Positions 15,206 to 24,902 are shown, numbered from the stretch's first letter. The stretch is DNA of 32,000 nt from an uncultured Chloroflexia bacterium (GCA_963718915.1 CAVRAI010000014.1:210001-242000); one strand, 5' to 3'. Numbers and translations are program-made. The notes: a model not told the origin generated them from the letters alone.

Positions 15206-16285
15206 GTGGAGCCTATCAATATCGCCGAGTATGAGGAACTGGCCGCTGAACGGCTGGCGCCGATCACCTGGGACTATTACCGTGGCGGCAGCGATGACGA
15301 GCAGACGCTCCGTGCCAATCGCGACGCATTCGGGCGCATCAAGCTGCGGCCGCGGGTGCTGGTGGACGTGAGCCGGATAGCGCTTGGGACGACCGTGCTG
15401 GGAATCACATTGCCTACCCCGTTGCTGGTCGCGCCGACGGCTTATCATGGGCTGGCGCACCCCGAGGGCGAGTGCGAGACGGCGCGCGGCGCGGGCGCGG
15501 CTGGTTCGCTGATGGTTGCGAGCACGATGTCAAACCGGTCGCTGGAGGAGGTTGTCGAAGCGGCAACCTGCCCGCTCTGGTTCCAGCTCTACGTCTATCG
15601 CGACCGCCAGGTGACAGAGCAGCTCGTGCGCCGGGCGGAGGCCGCGGGCTATCGCGCGCTCGTGCTGACGGTGGATACCGCGCGGCTTGGTCGGCGCGAA
15701 CGCGATATCCGCAATGGATTTGGTCTGCCACCGCATCTGCACATGGGTAATTTCGAGGGCGCTGCCCACGAACAGCCTGGTCAGGAGCCAGGTCTTTCCG
15801 GCCTCGCGGTCTATGCGAATGCGCTGCTGGATAGCTCGCTGACCTGGGAGGCGCTCGACTGGCTGCGCTCGATCACGACGCTGCCCATCGTCGTCAAGGG
15901 TATCCTGACGGCGGAAGACGCGAAGCTGGCGGTGGAGCATGGCGCGCGGGGAATCATTGTCTCGAATCACGGCGGGCGTCAACTTGATAGCGGGATGGCG
16001 ACCATCGAGGCGCTTCCCGAAGTGGTCGCGGCGGCGCATGGAGGCGCGGAGGTCTATCTAGATGGCGGTATCCGCCGGGGAACGGATGCGCTCAAGGCGC
16101 TCTCGCTCGGCGCGCGGGCGGTGCTGCTAGGCCGACCGATCCTCTGGGGGCTGGCGGTCAGCGGGGAGCAGGGAGTCGCCCGCGTCCTGGAGTTGCTCAA
16201 CGCCGAACTGGAGATGGCGATGGCGCTTGTGGGCAGCCCCTCGCTGGCCGCGCTCGGCCCGGAGTTGGTGCGCCTGCCAGTATAG
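15206..16285 (+). CDS. FMN-dependent alpha-hydroxy-acid oxidase/dehydrogenase (glycolate oxidase / L-lactate oxidase family)
   Basis: GTG start with GGAGG 8 nt upstream. N-terminus INIAEYEELAAERL...WDYYRGGSDDEQTLRANRDAF. Also LWFQLYVYRDR, IVVKGI, IIVSNHGGRQLD and LDGGIRRGTD. Confidence 0.9.
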   Translation: MEPINIAEYEELAAERLAPITWDYYRGGSDDEQTLRANRDAFGRIKLRPRVLVDVSRIALGTTVLGITLPTPLLVAPTAYHGLAHPEGECETARGAGAAGSLMVASTMSNRSLEEVVEAATCPLWFQLYVYRDRQVTEQLVRRAEAAGYRALVLTVDTARLGRRERDIRNGFGLPPHLHMGNFEGAAHEQPGQEPGLSGLAVYANALLDSSLTWEALDWLRSITTLPIVVKGILTAEDAKLAVEHGARGIIVSNHGGRQLDSGMATIEALPEVVAAAHGGAEVYLDGGIRRGTDALKALSLGARAVLLGRPILWGLAVSGEQGVARVLELLNAELEMAMALVGSPSLAALGPELVRLPV

Positions 16286-16364
16286 CGGCAACCTCAACTT
16301 TCGGCGCGCATTTGTAGCATCGGTAGCTCAAGCACATCCGTCCGCCCAAACGGGGCGCGGGATA

Positions 16365-16392
16365 TTGCGACATATACACCGCATGGTACACT
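16365..16392 (+). promoter_or_regulatory. sigma70-like promoter upstream of the DUF4126 gene
   Basis: TTGCGA (16365-16370), 16-nt spacer, TACACT (16387-16392). Confidence 0.35.
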
Positions 16393-16475
16393 GCTGAGTG
16401 AACACCGTGTAGCCTGTGTATGGTCTTGCGTATGGTCTTGCGGCGTGTCATTTGGCGCGCAGGAGGAGATGACCC

Positions 16476-17318
16476 ATGCCATTTTCGTCGGGCGACCCCA
16501 TTACCGACCCGCTGAGTCCGGTTGCGCTGACGACGCTGCTCACCGCCCTGGGACTCAGTTCCACTGCTGGGCTGCGCGCCTATCTGCCGCTGCTGATTCT
16601 TGGCATCGCCAGCGACATCCGCGGCCCGGATGGTGTGGCGCTGCTGCCGGTTCAGGATCAGTTCCATGTCCTGGGCAATCCGATTGTGCTTGGGGTGCTG
16701 GCGATCCTGGTGGTACTGGAGTTCCTGGCGGATAAAGTGCCGGGCGTGGATCACATCAGCGATATCGTGCATACGGTCATTCGCCCCGCCGCTGGCGCAT
16801 TGATTATGGCGGGCAGCGCCAATACACTGAGCGACGAGAGCAAAATCGTGGCGGCGGTGGTGGGCGCGCTGGTGGCGCTGGCGACACACTTCATGAAGGC
16901 TGGCACACGCGCTGCGGTCACATCGACTACCGCTGGCATAGGCAACCCTTTTGCCAGCTTCCTCGAAGATATTCTGGTCGTGGGGGTCATTCTGCTGCTG
17001 GTGCTGGCGCCGATTGTCGGATTCATCGCGCTGGTGTTGCTGCTGATTCTCTTCTTCAAGGCTGCGCGGGCGATGTTCCGCGGCGTCCGGCAGATCTTCG
17101 GCGGTGGAGGATCCAAACCGGCGGGAGCTGCCAAAGCGCCTAACGCGTTTTCTGACACAACGATGACCTATTCATCCCCATCAGATGACTCGCTTGCGCC
17201 GCTGGGAACCACCTATGGCGCATCTGGCGCGCCACCAGCGCTGCCAACCGTCTCCGGCGGATACGCGGCCAACGCGCCCTATCCTCCCGACGCCGACACG
17301 ATTCAGCGGCCAAACTAG
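16476..17318 (+). CDS. DUF4126-type integral membrane protein
   Basis: AGGAGG lies 9 nt before the ATG. Contains GLRAYLPLLILGIAS and LEFLADKVPGVDHISD (the F-x-ADK-x-P-x-x-D pattern I associate with DUF4126). Several TM segments and a Pro/Ala-rich tail. Confidence 0.7.
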   Translation: MPFSSGDPITDPLSPVALTTLLTALGLSSTAGLRAYLPLLILGIASDIRGPDGVALLPVQDQFHVLGNPIVLGVLAILVVLEFLADKVPGVDHISDIVHTVIRPAAGALIMAGSANTLSDESKIVAAVVGALVALATHFMKAGTRAAVTSTTAGIGNPFASFLEDILVVGVILLLVLAPIVGFIALVLLLILFFKAARAMFRGVRQIFGGGGSKPAGAAKAPNAFSDTTMTYSSPSDDSLAPLGTTYGASGAPPALPTVSGGYAANAPYPPDADTIQRPN

Positions 17319-17326
17319 CGCTTACC

Positions 17327-18853
17327 ATGCCAGACAGCTCGCCCGGTTCTGAATCTACATCCGCCGCCCACCGCCGTTCCCGGTTGTGGGCGGCTGTCGT
17401 TGTGGCGGTTGTGCTGACGATTATCGGCTCGGCGGCCATCGCGCATGCGCTGGTGGAGCGAGCGCGCCAGGCCGAGGCGGTTGTCGCCGCGCCGTCCCTG
17501 CCAACGCTCCCGGTAGTAGCGGTTGCCCACCCGGAGGCGGGCGCGCTCCTGACGGCGTACGATTCTGCGACCGGCAACCTCGCGACACTTGCCAGCCAGC
17601 GCGAGCCGTTCTGCCCGCCCGTCGGCGCGTGCCAGCCCGTTCGCCCGGATGCCTTCGTCCTGCTGAATGGCGCGAGTGGCCAGCAGATAGCACGGACGCC
17701 CCTGACCGGCGACGCCTCCGCCGCAGCCGACACGCTGTTGCTGCTGGATGATCCGGTACGCCAGCGGGCATACGCCATTGCGCCCAGTACGATAACGAGC
17801 TTCTCGACTGTGAATGGCGCGTTAGTTGGCCATCTGACACTGGCGCACATTGCCCCCTGGACTGGCGGCGCGCTCGATGCCGCGACTGGCCATCTTTATC
17901 TTGTCGGCGGTGGGCAGGTGGTGACGCTTGACGTGGCGACCGGGAACGCGCTGGCCGCGGCAAGACTCTCCATGACGAGCGACATACCTGTTCCCGATGG
18001 GCCGGTCTTCGATATAGCGCGGCGACTGCTCTACATCGCGATACGCCCCAAACTTGCCAGCGATGCGCCCCACCTGCTGGCGCTGGATGCCGCGACGCTC
18101 CGGCAGGTCAGCGCGCTGGCGTTGCCGGTTGGCGCGCGCCTGGGGCCGATTGACGCGGCGACCGGAGCGCTCGATATCTTTGGTGGCGATGGCCGTGGCT
18201 GGCAGCTTCACGCGGGACTGGCGACTGCCCCGACGCTCACGCGGGCGCCCATGCTCGACGGCGCGCTGGCGGTGGGGGCGAATCCAGCCCTGCGGCGCCT
18301 CTATGTCGCTGGTTTCACGCAGACGCTCTCGCTGGATACGCGCGATGGGCGAATGCTCGCGGGGCTGCCCCTGGTAGCGCGTTGGCCCATGTATGAGCCG
18401 CTGCCGGTGGATCAGGCGCATGGGCTGTTCTACCTGCCATCCGATCACGGCGCGATAGTCATCGTCCGCGATGGCGCGGGCAACACACGCATAACTGCGC
18501 CCTCGGCGGCGATTCTGGCGCGGGCAGCGCTGGCGGAATTGCTGCCAGATACGAATCAGGATCCGCCGTTCGTCGCGCCCGATACATTCCCGCTCGGCGC
18601 AGGCACGCCCGCGCATCCCGAGACGCGCGCGCTGGACTTCTGGATCCACTTTGCCGACCGCGGCTGGCAGGGGCCGTATCCTGGAACCGCCAGCGTCGCC
18701 GTCACGACGAATGGCGCGCAGCCCGGCGGCTACATCGTCACGTTTACGATGACCTGGCGGCAACTTTTCGAGCGGACGCATACATGGGTCTGTGCGGTTG
18801 CGCCAGGCGGCACGGTGGCGCTACGTTCCGAGACAGGCGATACTGTGCCGTAG
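17327..18853 (+). CDS. membrane-anchored hypothetical protein with YVTN/YncE-like beta-propeller-type repeats
   Basis: N-terminal anchor LWAAVVVAVVLTIIGSAAIAHAL. Recurring blocks LDAATGHLYLVGGGQVVTLDVATGN, LLALDAATLRQV, IDAATGALDIFGG and RRLYVAGFTQTLSLDTRDGR. Starts 8 nt after the DUF4126 stop. Confidence 0.65.
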   Translation: MPDSSPGSESTSAAHRRSRLWAAVVVAVVLTIIGSAAIAHALVERARQAEAVVAAPSLPTLPVVAVAHPEAGALLTAYDSATGNLATLASQREPFCPPVGACQPVRPDAFVLLNGASGQQIARTPLTGDASAAADTLLLLDDPVRQRAYAIAPSTITSFSTVNGALVGHLTLAHIAPWTGGALDAATGHLYLVGGGQVVTLDVATGNALAAARLSMTSDIPVPDGPVFDIARRLLYIAIRPKLASDAPHLLALDAATLRQVSALALPVGARLGPIDAATGALDIFGGDGRGWQLHAGLATAPTLTRAPMLDGALAVGANPALRRLYVAGFTQTLSLDTRDGRMLAGLPLVARWPMYEPLPVDQAHGLFYLPSDHGAIVIVRDGAGNTRITAPSAAILARAALAELLPDTNQDPPFVAPDTFPLGAGTPAHPETRALDFWIHFADRGWQGPYPGTASVAVTTNGAQPGGYIVTFTMTWRQLFERTHTWVCAVAPGGTVALRSETGDTVP

Positions 18854-18920
18854 ACGCGAATGAGGCGATCCCGGCCTTGACGCAGCTCTGCTAATAGTGA
18901 TGGCTATCTCGGCCTTGATG

Positions 18921-18993
18921 TCGTTTTAGCATGTGCGATGGACACGGGCATTGCGGTGGGGTGAGCAGGCCGGAGCGTGAACGCTACGCGAAT
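18921..18993 (+). repeat. dispersed repeat family D, copy 2
   Basis: tcgttttagcatgtgcgatggacacgggcattgcggtggggtgagcaggccggagcgtgaacgctacgcgaat. See copy 1 at 8714-8787. Confidence 0.85.
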
Positions 18994-19151
18994 GGACGCA
19001 TGCGACGATATGCGCTGGTGGGGCAGGGAAATTCGTGGGGCATGTATGCTCCGGCACGCGTCTCTCAGCAGACCGCTGGCGCAAGCTGGAGATTTGTCCC
19101 TCCTATGTTCTAAAACGACGTTATGGCCGAGAAAGTCCCAAGGAGAAGATG

Positions 19152-19871
19152 ATGACGCGCGTAGATGGACGTGCCAACGATGAGATGCGCCCGGTGACGG
19201 TGACGCCTGACTACATCAGCCATGCCGAGGGGTCGGCGCTGATTGAGTTCGGCAGAACACGCGTGCTGTGCGTGGCGACGATAGAAGACGGCGTGCCGCC
19301 ATGGCTGACCGGGCGCGGCCAGGGCTGGATTACCTCGGAATATGCGATGCTGCCACGCGCGGGGACGCAACGGTCGCGGCGCGAGTCGGTCGCGGGCAAG
19401 ATCGGCGGGCGTACGCACGAAATTCAGCGGCTGATTGGGCGCTCGCTGCGGGCGGCGGTGGACTTGAAGGCGCTGGGCGAACATACCATCACCCTCGACT
19501 GCGACGTGATTCAGGCGGATGGTGGCACCCGCACCGCCGCGATTACCGGCGCGTGGATCGCGCTGCAACGGGCGACGAAGCGGCTAAAGGCGCGCCATAC
19601 GCTGCGAGTTGATCCGATCCGGGTGGGCGTCGCGGCGATCAGCGTTGGCATCGTCAAGGGCAGCGTGATGCTCGATCTCGCCTATGACGAAGACTCGAAG
19701 GCCGAGGTGGACGCCAATGTCGTGATGACGAGCAATGGCGAGTTCATCGAGGTGCAGGGCACGGCCGAGGGCAAGCCGTTCTCCCGCGCCCAACTGGACG
19801 AACTGCTAGGACTGGCCGAGGGTGGCATCCGCAAGCTCCTGGAGATGCAGCAGAAGTTTGTAGAGCTTTAG
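19152..19871 (+). CDS. rph: ribonuclease PH
   Basis: AGGAG at 19141-19145. Tandem ATGs at 19149 and 19152. Reads [15 protein letters not shown]...[15 protein letters not shown]...[17 protein letters not shown]...[20 protein letters not shown]...[19 protein letters not shown]. Confidence 0.92.
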   Translation: MTRVDGRANDEMRPVTVTPDYISHAEGSALIEFGRTRVLCVATIEDGVPPWLTGRGQGWITSEYAMLPRAGTQRSRRESVAGKIGGRTHEIQRLIGRSLRAAVDLKALGEHTITLDCDVIQADGGTRTAAITGAWIALQRATKRLKARHTLRVDPIRVGVAAISVGIVKGSVMLDLAYDEDSKAEVDANVVMTSNGEFIEVQGTAEGKPFSRAQLDELLGLAEGGIRKLLEMQQKFVEL

Positions 19872-19875
19872 GTTG

Positions 19876-20586
19876 ATGGCTATGGTTACTCCCGACACAA
19901 TGACGGCGCTGGTGATCGCGGCGCACCCCGACGACATCGAAAGCTGGTGCGCGGGCGCGGTTGCCGGGCTGGTGCGGGCCGGATGGCGGGTGGTCTACGT
20001 CCTTTGCACCTCCGGCGAGAAGGGTACGAGTGATCCCATTGAGTCACTACAGGCGGTGGCGGCGCGGCGCGAGGAGGAGCAGCGCGAGGCCGCGCGACTC
20101 GTTGGCGCTGATAAGCCGGTCTTTCTGCGGCTGGGCGACGGCGAACTGGAAGACACTCGCGAGTTCCGTGGATTGCTGGTGCGTGAGATACGCCGCCACC
20201 GCCCACGATTGCTCATCACCCACGACCCGGAGCATCCCTGGCCGCCGTACACAACTCACCGCGATCATCGTATCGCCGGGCGTGTCGCACTTGACGCCGC
20301 CTATCCCTACGCGCGCGACCCGTTCCACTTTCCCGAACAGCTTGCCAGCGAGGGGTTGACGCCGCACGCCGTTCCGGAGGTCTGGCTTTTCAGTTCAGAT
20401 ACACCAGATCATTACGTGGATATCAGCGCGACGCTTGACGCCAAGATTGCGGCGCGACTGGCCCACGCCAGCCAGACAAGTGATCCCGACGCGCTGGCGG
20501 AGTCGTGGCTTCACCGAGCGCAGGAGACGGGGCAGTCCGCTGGGTTGCCCTATGCCGAGGCGTTCAAGCGGCTGATACTGGGCTAA
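19876..20586 (+). CDS. PIG-L / LmbE family deacetylase
   Basis: ALVIAAHPDDIESWCAG motif and HRDHR. Starts 5 nt after the rph stop. Confidence 0.85.
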   Translation: MAMVTPDTMTALVIAAHPDDIESWCAGAVAGLVRAGWRVVYVLCTSGEKGTSDPIESLQAVAARREEEQREAARLVGADKPVFLRLGDGELEDTREFRGLLVREIRRHRPRLLITHDPEHPWPPYTTHRDHRIAGRVALDAAYPYARDPFHFPEQLASEGLTPHAVPEVWLFSSDTPDHYVDISATLDAKIAARLAHASQTSDPDALAESWLHRAQETGQSAGLPYAEAFKRLILG

Positions 20587-20610
20587 CATATCCGCGATGT
20601 CGCTCGTCCG

Positions 20611-20976
20611 CTAAGATGCTGATGCGTTGTCGCTGGCTGCCACAATCGTGTAGACGCGGCGGAGCGCGAGCGTATGGGCCTCGTCGCGAGTCGCATACAG
20701 CAGATAGTCGCCAGCGCTGTTATAAGGTTTGGGGCCAGACTTCGTGCCTTCTGGCTGGGGAGCAATGCGTTCCTTGATTTCGGCGAAAAAGCCAGTCGCG
20801 ATTTGCACCCACTGATTTTTGGCCGCATTCCAGGATTCGCATATCCCTGGATAGATACCGATCGTGAAGTCGCGCCCACCCTGATGCTGAAGATGCCATA
20901 TCACCGGAACCGTAGCAGGTCCCTTCGCCCTCCGAATGCGTGTATCAGAAGCGTTGTTGGTCATGATAGTATCCAT
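20611..20976 (-). CDS. hypothetical protein
   Basis: 121-aa ORF at the start of a lower-GC stretch. No motif recognised. Confidence 0.4.
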   Translation of the reverse strand: MDTIMTNNASDTRIRRAKGPATVPVIWHLQHQGGRDFTIGIYPGICESWNAAKNQWVQIATGFFAEIKERIAPQPEGTKSGPKPYNSAGDYLLYATRDEAHTLALRRVYTIVAASDNASAS

Positions 20977-21062
20977 CCTGTCTGATGTTAGAAACGCGCG
21001 AAACGCGAATTTCTATGTGGTCTACGTAACGTTGCTATCTGCGAAGCTGTTGGGCGATCCGC

Positions 21063-21515
21063 TTACCCAGCGATGCGCCAACCAGCCCACAGCGCCCACC
21101 AGGCGGTGTTGCGCTGAATCCCAATCATATCCCCGACACTGAAGTGATTGAATTGGCTCTCGCTACACTTTATCTGCTGCGATTTTTGGCGCCACGTCTG
21201 CGGATCTCTGAACCGCACGAGCAGGTTACAGGGTGTATGTGAACCCACCAGGCCATCTCTGCCTTCGCCCCGATACTTCCTGGATACTACTCCCGTAGAT
21301 GTAACGACCATGTTCTTTCTCCTGCCATTGCCTTCGTGGCTTTTCATTGGGGGAATGGCGCATGTAACAACTGACCCGCACGTGTACAGTACGAGCTGCA
21401 GCGGAATGAGGGCCGTGAATGCTAACCCTGCGAGAGCACGACGTATGAGGAACGGATGGATAACGCGCTCTCGCTCAATGTTCGTTACCGCAAAATCACG
21501 CACGCGCCAATGCAT
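21063..21515 (-). CDS. hypothetical ORF (weak)
   Basis: 150-aa ORF in ~45-50% GC DNA, overlapped by an equally unconvincing + strand ORF. No motif recognised. Confidence 0.2.
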   Translation of the reverse strand: MHWRVRDFAVTNIERERVIHPFLIRRALAGLAFTALIPLQLVLYTCGSVVTCAIPPMKSHEGNGRRKNMVVTSTGVVSRKYRGEGRDGLVGSHTPCNLLVRFRDPQTWRQKSQQIKCSESQFNHFSVGDMIGIQRNTAWWALWAGWRIAG

Positions 21516-21579
21516 TTATTGGCGTCTGGTGCGTCGAGCCGCTGGCAAAGTTGCAGGAACTTTTTCGATGCAGTACCCA

Positions 21580-21682
21580 GAGTATAGCATAAGGCAAGGC
21601 AATGGGCGCGCGAGCATGCCGTTCACTCGCGCCCCAACTGGATGAACTGCTGGAGCTTCAGCAGAAGTACGCGGAGCTATAG
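21580..21682 (+). pseudogene. degenerate 3'-end fragment of a second rph-like gene
   Basis: ...EYSIRQGNGRASMPFTRA then (one extra C) QLDELLELQQKYAEL*. Compare rph ...[43 protein letters not shown]. Nucleotide similarity continues past the stop (tagg..gctatggt in both copies). Confidence 0.65.
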
Positions 21683-21819
21683 GCGGCTATGGTAGATTAT
21701 GGTGTAGTTGCTTCACTGCTTGCACGACACATCAGCGCGAGTTCCGCACATTGGATGCTGTCTTCGAGCGGAGACTTCTCATCTCTGAAAGTAGGTCTAC
21801 CGTGAGCGCCATCACGGCG

Positions 21820-22191
21820 ATGAAAATCGTAGCGATTGTCAATTTGGCAGTTGCGGCGCTCTGCCCTCTTATATGGTACATCTACTATCAGAGAAGGGTC
21901 GTGCCGCGTCTTCCTGGAACAGAAATGACGCTCACTCGCCGAGGCATCCACAAGCAACTCATCAAATTGGTGATCGAGTCCAGTTTGATTTACATCGCGT
22001 GGGCGGGCTTTTGGTATACTATGTCAATAATGCCGACTGCTGGTGCGAAGCTGGGCTTTGTTGCTGCTGAGAGAGTGGGCTTGGTATTGCTGATCGCTGG
22101 CTTACTGAGTCTTGGTGTTGTTGTCTCTTCACTCTTTATGGCAATAGCAACGTTTGCGAAAGTGCAAGCGATGACACCTCGCAGCGGCTAG
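21820..22191 (+). CDS. hypothetical small membrane protein (3-4 TM) in lower-GC DNA
   Basis: MKIVAIVNLAVAALCPLIWYIYY..., LIYIAWAGFWYTMSIM and LVLLIAGLLSLGVVVSSLFMAIATF. The ORF could also start at TTG 21751. Confidence 0.45.
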   Translation: MKIVAIVNLAVAALCPLIWYIYYQRRVVPRLPGTEMTLTRRGIHKQLIKLVIESSLIYIAWAGFWYTMSIMPTAGAKLGFVAAERVGLVLLIAGLLSLGVVVSSLFMAIATFAKVQAMTPRSG

Positions 22192-22210
22192 GCAGTTTGG
22201 TTGTCAGTTC

Positions 22211-23149
22211 CTACTCGTGACCCGGCGCCCAGGCGACAACGAGGATGCCTGCCGCCAGCACCAGCCCGCCGAGCCAGAACGCGCCGGTCAGCGCTTCGTG
22301 CAAAAACAGGCCCGCCAGGATGCCACCGACGACGGGCTGGGCGAAGAAGTAGATCGAGGCGACGCCCGCCTCCATATGGGCGATGCCGCGATACCAGAGG
22401 AACCATGCCAGCGCCGTCGCGCCCAGGCCCAGATAGAGTACCGCGCCCACCGCGCCGGGCGAGAAACTGAGCGCGCGCCAGTCATCGCGCAACGCCAGTT
22501 CGATGGCCGCCGCCGGGAGCATGAACAGCAGGCTCCAGCGCGTGGCGGAGGTCGCGGCGACCAGCGCGGAATGCCTGCGGATCAGCGGTGCGCCGACGAC
22601 CGTAAACAGCGCCCAGCAGAGCGCCGAGAGGACGAGCAGCCCGTCGCCCAGCAGCGCCGTCTGGTTGGCTGAGCTGCCAGTATCCGTAGCGGTCTGCGCC
22701 GCGACGACGATGGCGACGCCGACCACTGCCAGCAGCATCCCGGCAACCACAGGCCAACGAGGCCGCTCGCCGAGCAGCATCCACGCCAGCAGAACCACGA
22801 AGACTGGCGTACTCGTCGTCAGCAGCGCGCCGTCGTGGGCGCTGGCCAGCGCGGTGCCGAGAAACTGCGTGATGATGGTCGCGGCGACGATGCCCCCCAG
22901 CGAGATGGCGCGCCAGCGGTCGCCGGATGTCCAGGAGAGACGCGCAGTCGCCGCCAGTTTCGGATTGCGCCGGGCCGCCAGCCAGAGCGCCAGCGTGAGC
23001 GCCGCGCCGCCAATGACAACCCGCAGCGCGCCCAGCGTGACCGGGGGAATCAGCCCGAACCCGGCGCGGCTGACGACGTACATCCCGCCCCACAGGCATG
23101 ACGCCAGCAGCGGATCGATCCCGGCGCGCAGACTGCCTGGCGATCCCAT
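22211..23149 (-). CDS. EamA/DMT superfamily transporter
   Basis: 312 aa with about 10 hydrophobic segments in two halves. N-terminus LWGGMYVVSRAGFGLIPPVTLGALRVVIGG. Confidence 0.85.
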   Translation of the reverse strand: MGSPGSLRAGIDPLLASCLWGGMYVVSRAGFGLIPPVTLGALRVVIGGAALTLALWLAARRNPKLAATARLSWTSGDRWRAISLGGIVAATIITQFLGTALASAHDGALLTTSTPVFVVLLAWMLLGERPRWPVVAGMLLAVVGVAIVVAAQTATDTGSSANQTALLGDGLLVLSALCWALFTVVGAPLIRRHSALVAATSATRWSLLFMLPAAAIELALRDDWRALSFSPGAVGAVLYLGLGATALAWFLWYRGIAHMEAGVASIYFFAQPVVGGILAGLFLHEALTGAFWLGGLVLAAGILVVAWAPGHE

Positions 23150-23153
23150 GGCG

Positions 23154-24161
23154 CTAGCTCATCCGCGGCTGGATAGTGGAGCGCAGCCACGAGCCGACGA
23201 CGCGGACGAACTCGTCGGGCAGCTCGTCCTGTGGCAGCCCGCCACAATCGAAGACGCGCAGATCGGTCCGAGGATTGAGCTGACGGAAGGCGCGCGCGTG
23301 CTCCAGCGGCGTGAGACGGGCGTTTTTGCCCCAGAGCAGCAGGATGGGCATCGTCAGCCGCATATACTCCTCATCCACGGGCGTATCGAGCGCGCCGGAG
23401 ATAAAGCTGGCGGGGGCATAGCGCGCGTTGGGCTGGTGCGCGAGCGTGTAGTAATAGTCAATCAGGTCGTCGCTGACCTCCTCGCGCCGCTCATAGACCA
23501 TGCGCAGGTAGTAGCGAATGGAGAGGCGCGAGGCGACGGCGTTATACATTGACTGGCCCAGTAGCGGCGAACGCAGAATCGCGCGCCAGAAGACATGGCT
23601 GCTCTCCTCCGGGTCGGAGGCGAGATCCTGGATGCCCGTCGGCTGAATCAGCGCCAGCCGGTCGAAGAGGTCGGGCCGCTCCGCCGCCGCGCGCACTGTG
23701 AACGCCGCGCCGAGTGTCGAGGCGATCACCTGCACCGGGTGGTCCATCGCGCCGACGACCTGCCGCACGAAGTCCTGGATAAGGGCGACGTAGAGGTCGG
23801 GAGTGTAGGTGATGCGCGGGCGATCCGAGAGGCCGAAGCCGAGCAGGTCGAACGCATAGACGCGGTGATGCTCGGCAAGCTGCGCGAAGACGCGGCGAAA
23901 CTCGAACGACGACGCGCCCGCGTAGATTCCGTGGATCAACACCAGTGGCTCACCGCGCCCGCGCACGGTATAGCTGATGCCGCCGCGCGTCCAGGCGTAG
24001 CGGCCATGCTCGCCTTCCAGCACGCTATATGGCTCGCCCGCCGTTGCCTCAGCGATCCGATTGGCCAGCGCCAGGAGACCGATGCCGCCCGCCGTCGCCA
24101 GCGCCGCGATCTGCCATGTCGCTGGCCGCCGACGCCTCCCCACCTGCTCACCGTTCCACAT
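23154..24161 (-). CDS. alpha/beta-fold hydrolase
   Basis: EPLVLIHGIYAGASSFEFRRVF...HRVYAFDLLGFGLSDRP. N-terminal anchor IAALATAGGIGLLALA. The stop lies 4 nt before the EamA start. Confidence 0.85.
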   Translation of the reverse strand: MWNGEQVGRRRRPATWQIAALATAGGIGLLALANRIAEATAGEPYSVLEGEHGRYAWTRGGISYTVRGRGEPLVLIHGIYAGASSFEFRRVFAQLAEHHRVYAFDLLGFGLSDRPRITYTPDLYVALIQDFVRQVVGAMDHPVQVIASTLGAAFTVRAAAERPDLFDRLALIQPTGIQDLASDPEESSHVFWRAILRSPLLGQSMYNAVASRLSIRYYLRMVYERREEVSDDLIDYYYTLAHQPNARYAPASFISGALDTPVDEEYMRLTMPILLLWGKNARLTPLEHARAFRQLNPRTDLRVFDCGGLPQDELPDEFVRVVGSWLRSTIQPRMS

Positions 24162-24180
24162 GCGGCTTTTCCTCCTGCCA

Positions 24181-24236
24181 TGCTTGTGCCGTGCTTGTGC
24201 CGTGTTTGTGCTGTGTTTGTGCTGTGTCTATGTGCC
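24181..24236. repeat. 11-bp tandem repeat x5 immediately upstream of the hydrolase RBS
   Basis: tgcttgtgccg, tgcttgtgccg, tgtttgtgctg, tgtttgtgctg, tgtctatgtgcc. The hydrolase SD (complement of cctcct, 24171-24176) lies 5 nt away. Confidence 0.9.
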
Positions 24237-24381
24237 CGCGCGACCTCCCGCCGCGCCGTCATTGTACCCCAAGGAGTCCCAGCGGAGGCGAGACAGGTAC
24301 CCTCGCCACGCACTTCTTGTATATCCTTGTCTCTATATCCTAACGTGCGAGAGCGTGGCTACGCCTCAACGATATTTGCCG

Positions 24382-24876
24382 CTATCCGCCGTGTGATGTA
24401 TTGCGCCCGGTGACGAGATCGACGGCGTGTGGCAACACCGGCAGAATCACCTCCAGACATTCGCGCACGCCCCGCGGGCTGCCAGGCAGGTTGACGATGA
24501 GCGTCGTCCCGCGGCACCCAGCCACGGCGCGCGAGAGCATGGCGAACGGCGTCTGCAGCAGGCTTTCCTGGCGCATTGCCTCGGCCAGCCCCGGCACGAG
24601 CCGGTCGATCACCGCGAGCGTCGCCTCGGGTGTGACGTCGGTTGGGCTAAGGCCGGTGCCGCCGGTCGTGAGAACAAGGTTGAGATGGAGATCGTCGGCC
24701 CAGTGGCGCAGGACCGATTCGATGGCAGCGCGGTCGTCGGGGACGATACGCTGATCCGCCACGTCGGCGGAGAGCGGAACCGCCGTCACGAGCTCGCGAA
24801 TCGCCTCGCCAGAGGTGTCCTCGCGCTGGCCCGCCGCCCCCAGTGTGCTCACGGTCAAAATGCCCACGGTAATCAT
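24382..24876 (-). CDS. mog: MogA/MoaB family molybdenum cofactor biosynthesis protein
   Basis: LVLTTGGTGLSPTDVTPEATL and LIVNLPGSPRGVRECLE, which aligns with E. coli MogA from memory. Confidence 0.85.
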   Translation of the reverse strand: MITVGILTVSTLGAAGQREDTSGEAIRELVTAVPLSADVADQRIVPDDRAAIESVLRHWADDLHLNLVLTTGGTGLSPTDVTPEATLAVIDRLVPGLAEAMRQESLLQTPFAMLSRAVAGCRGTTLIVNLPGSPRGVRECLEVILPVLPHAVDLVTGRNTSHGG

Positions 24877-24902
24877 CGCGTATCTCTCCCTCCATCAAAG
24901 GC

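Noticed and set aside
20611-20976. Possible RNase H1 N-terminal / caulimovirus viroplasmin-like domain (GIYPG....W)
   Set aside because: The spacing of the Gly-Ile-Tyr and Trp residues does not fit the remembered consensus, so the ORF is left as hypothetical.
21148-21645. 165-aa plus-strand ORF
   Set aside because: The translation is Cys/Arg-rich and implausible. Only its last ~20 codons make sense, as the rph 3' remnant.
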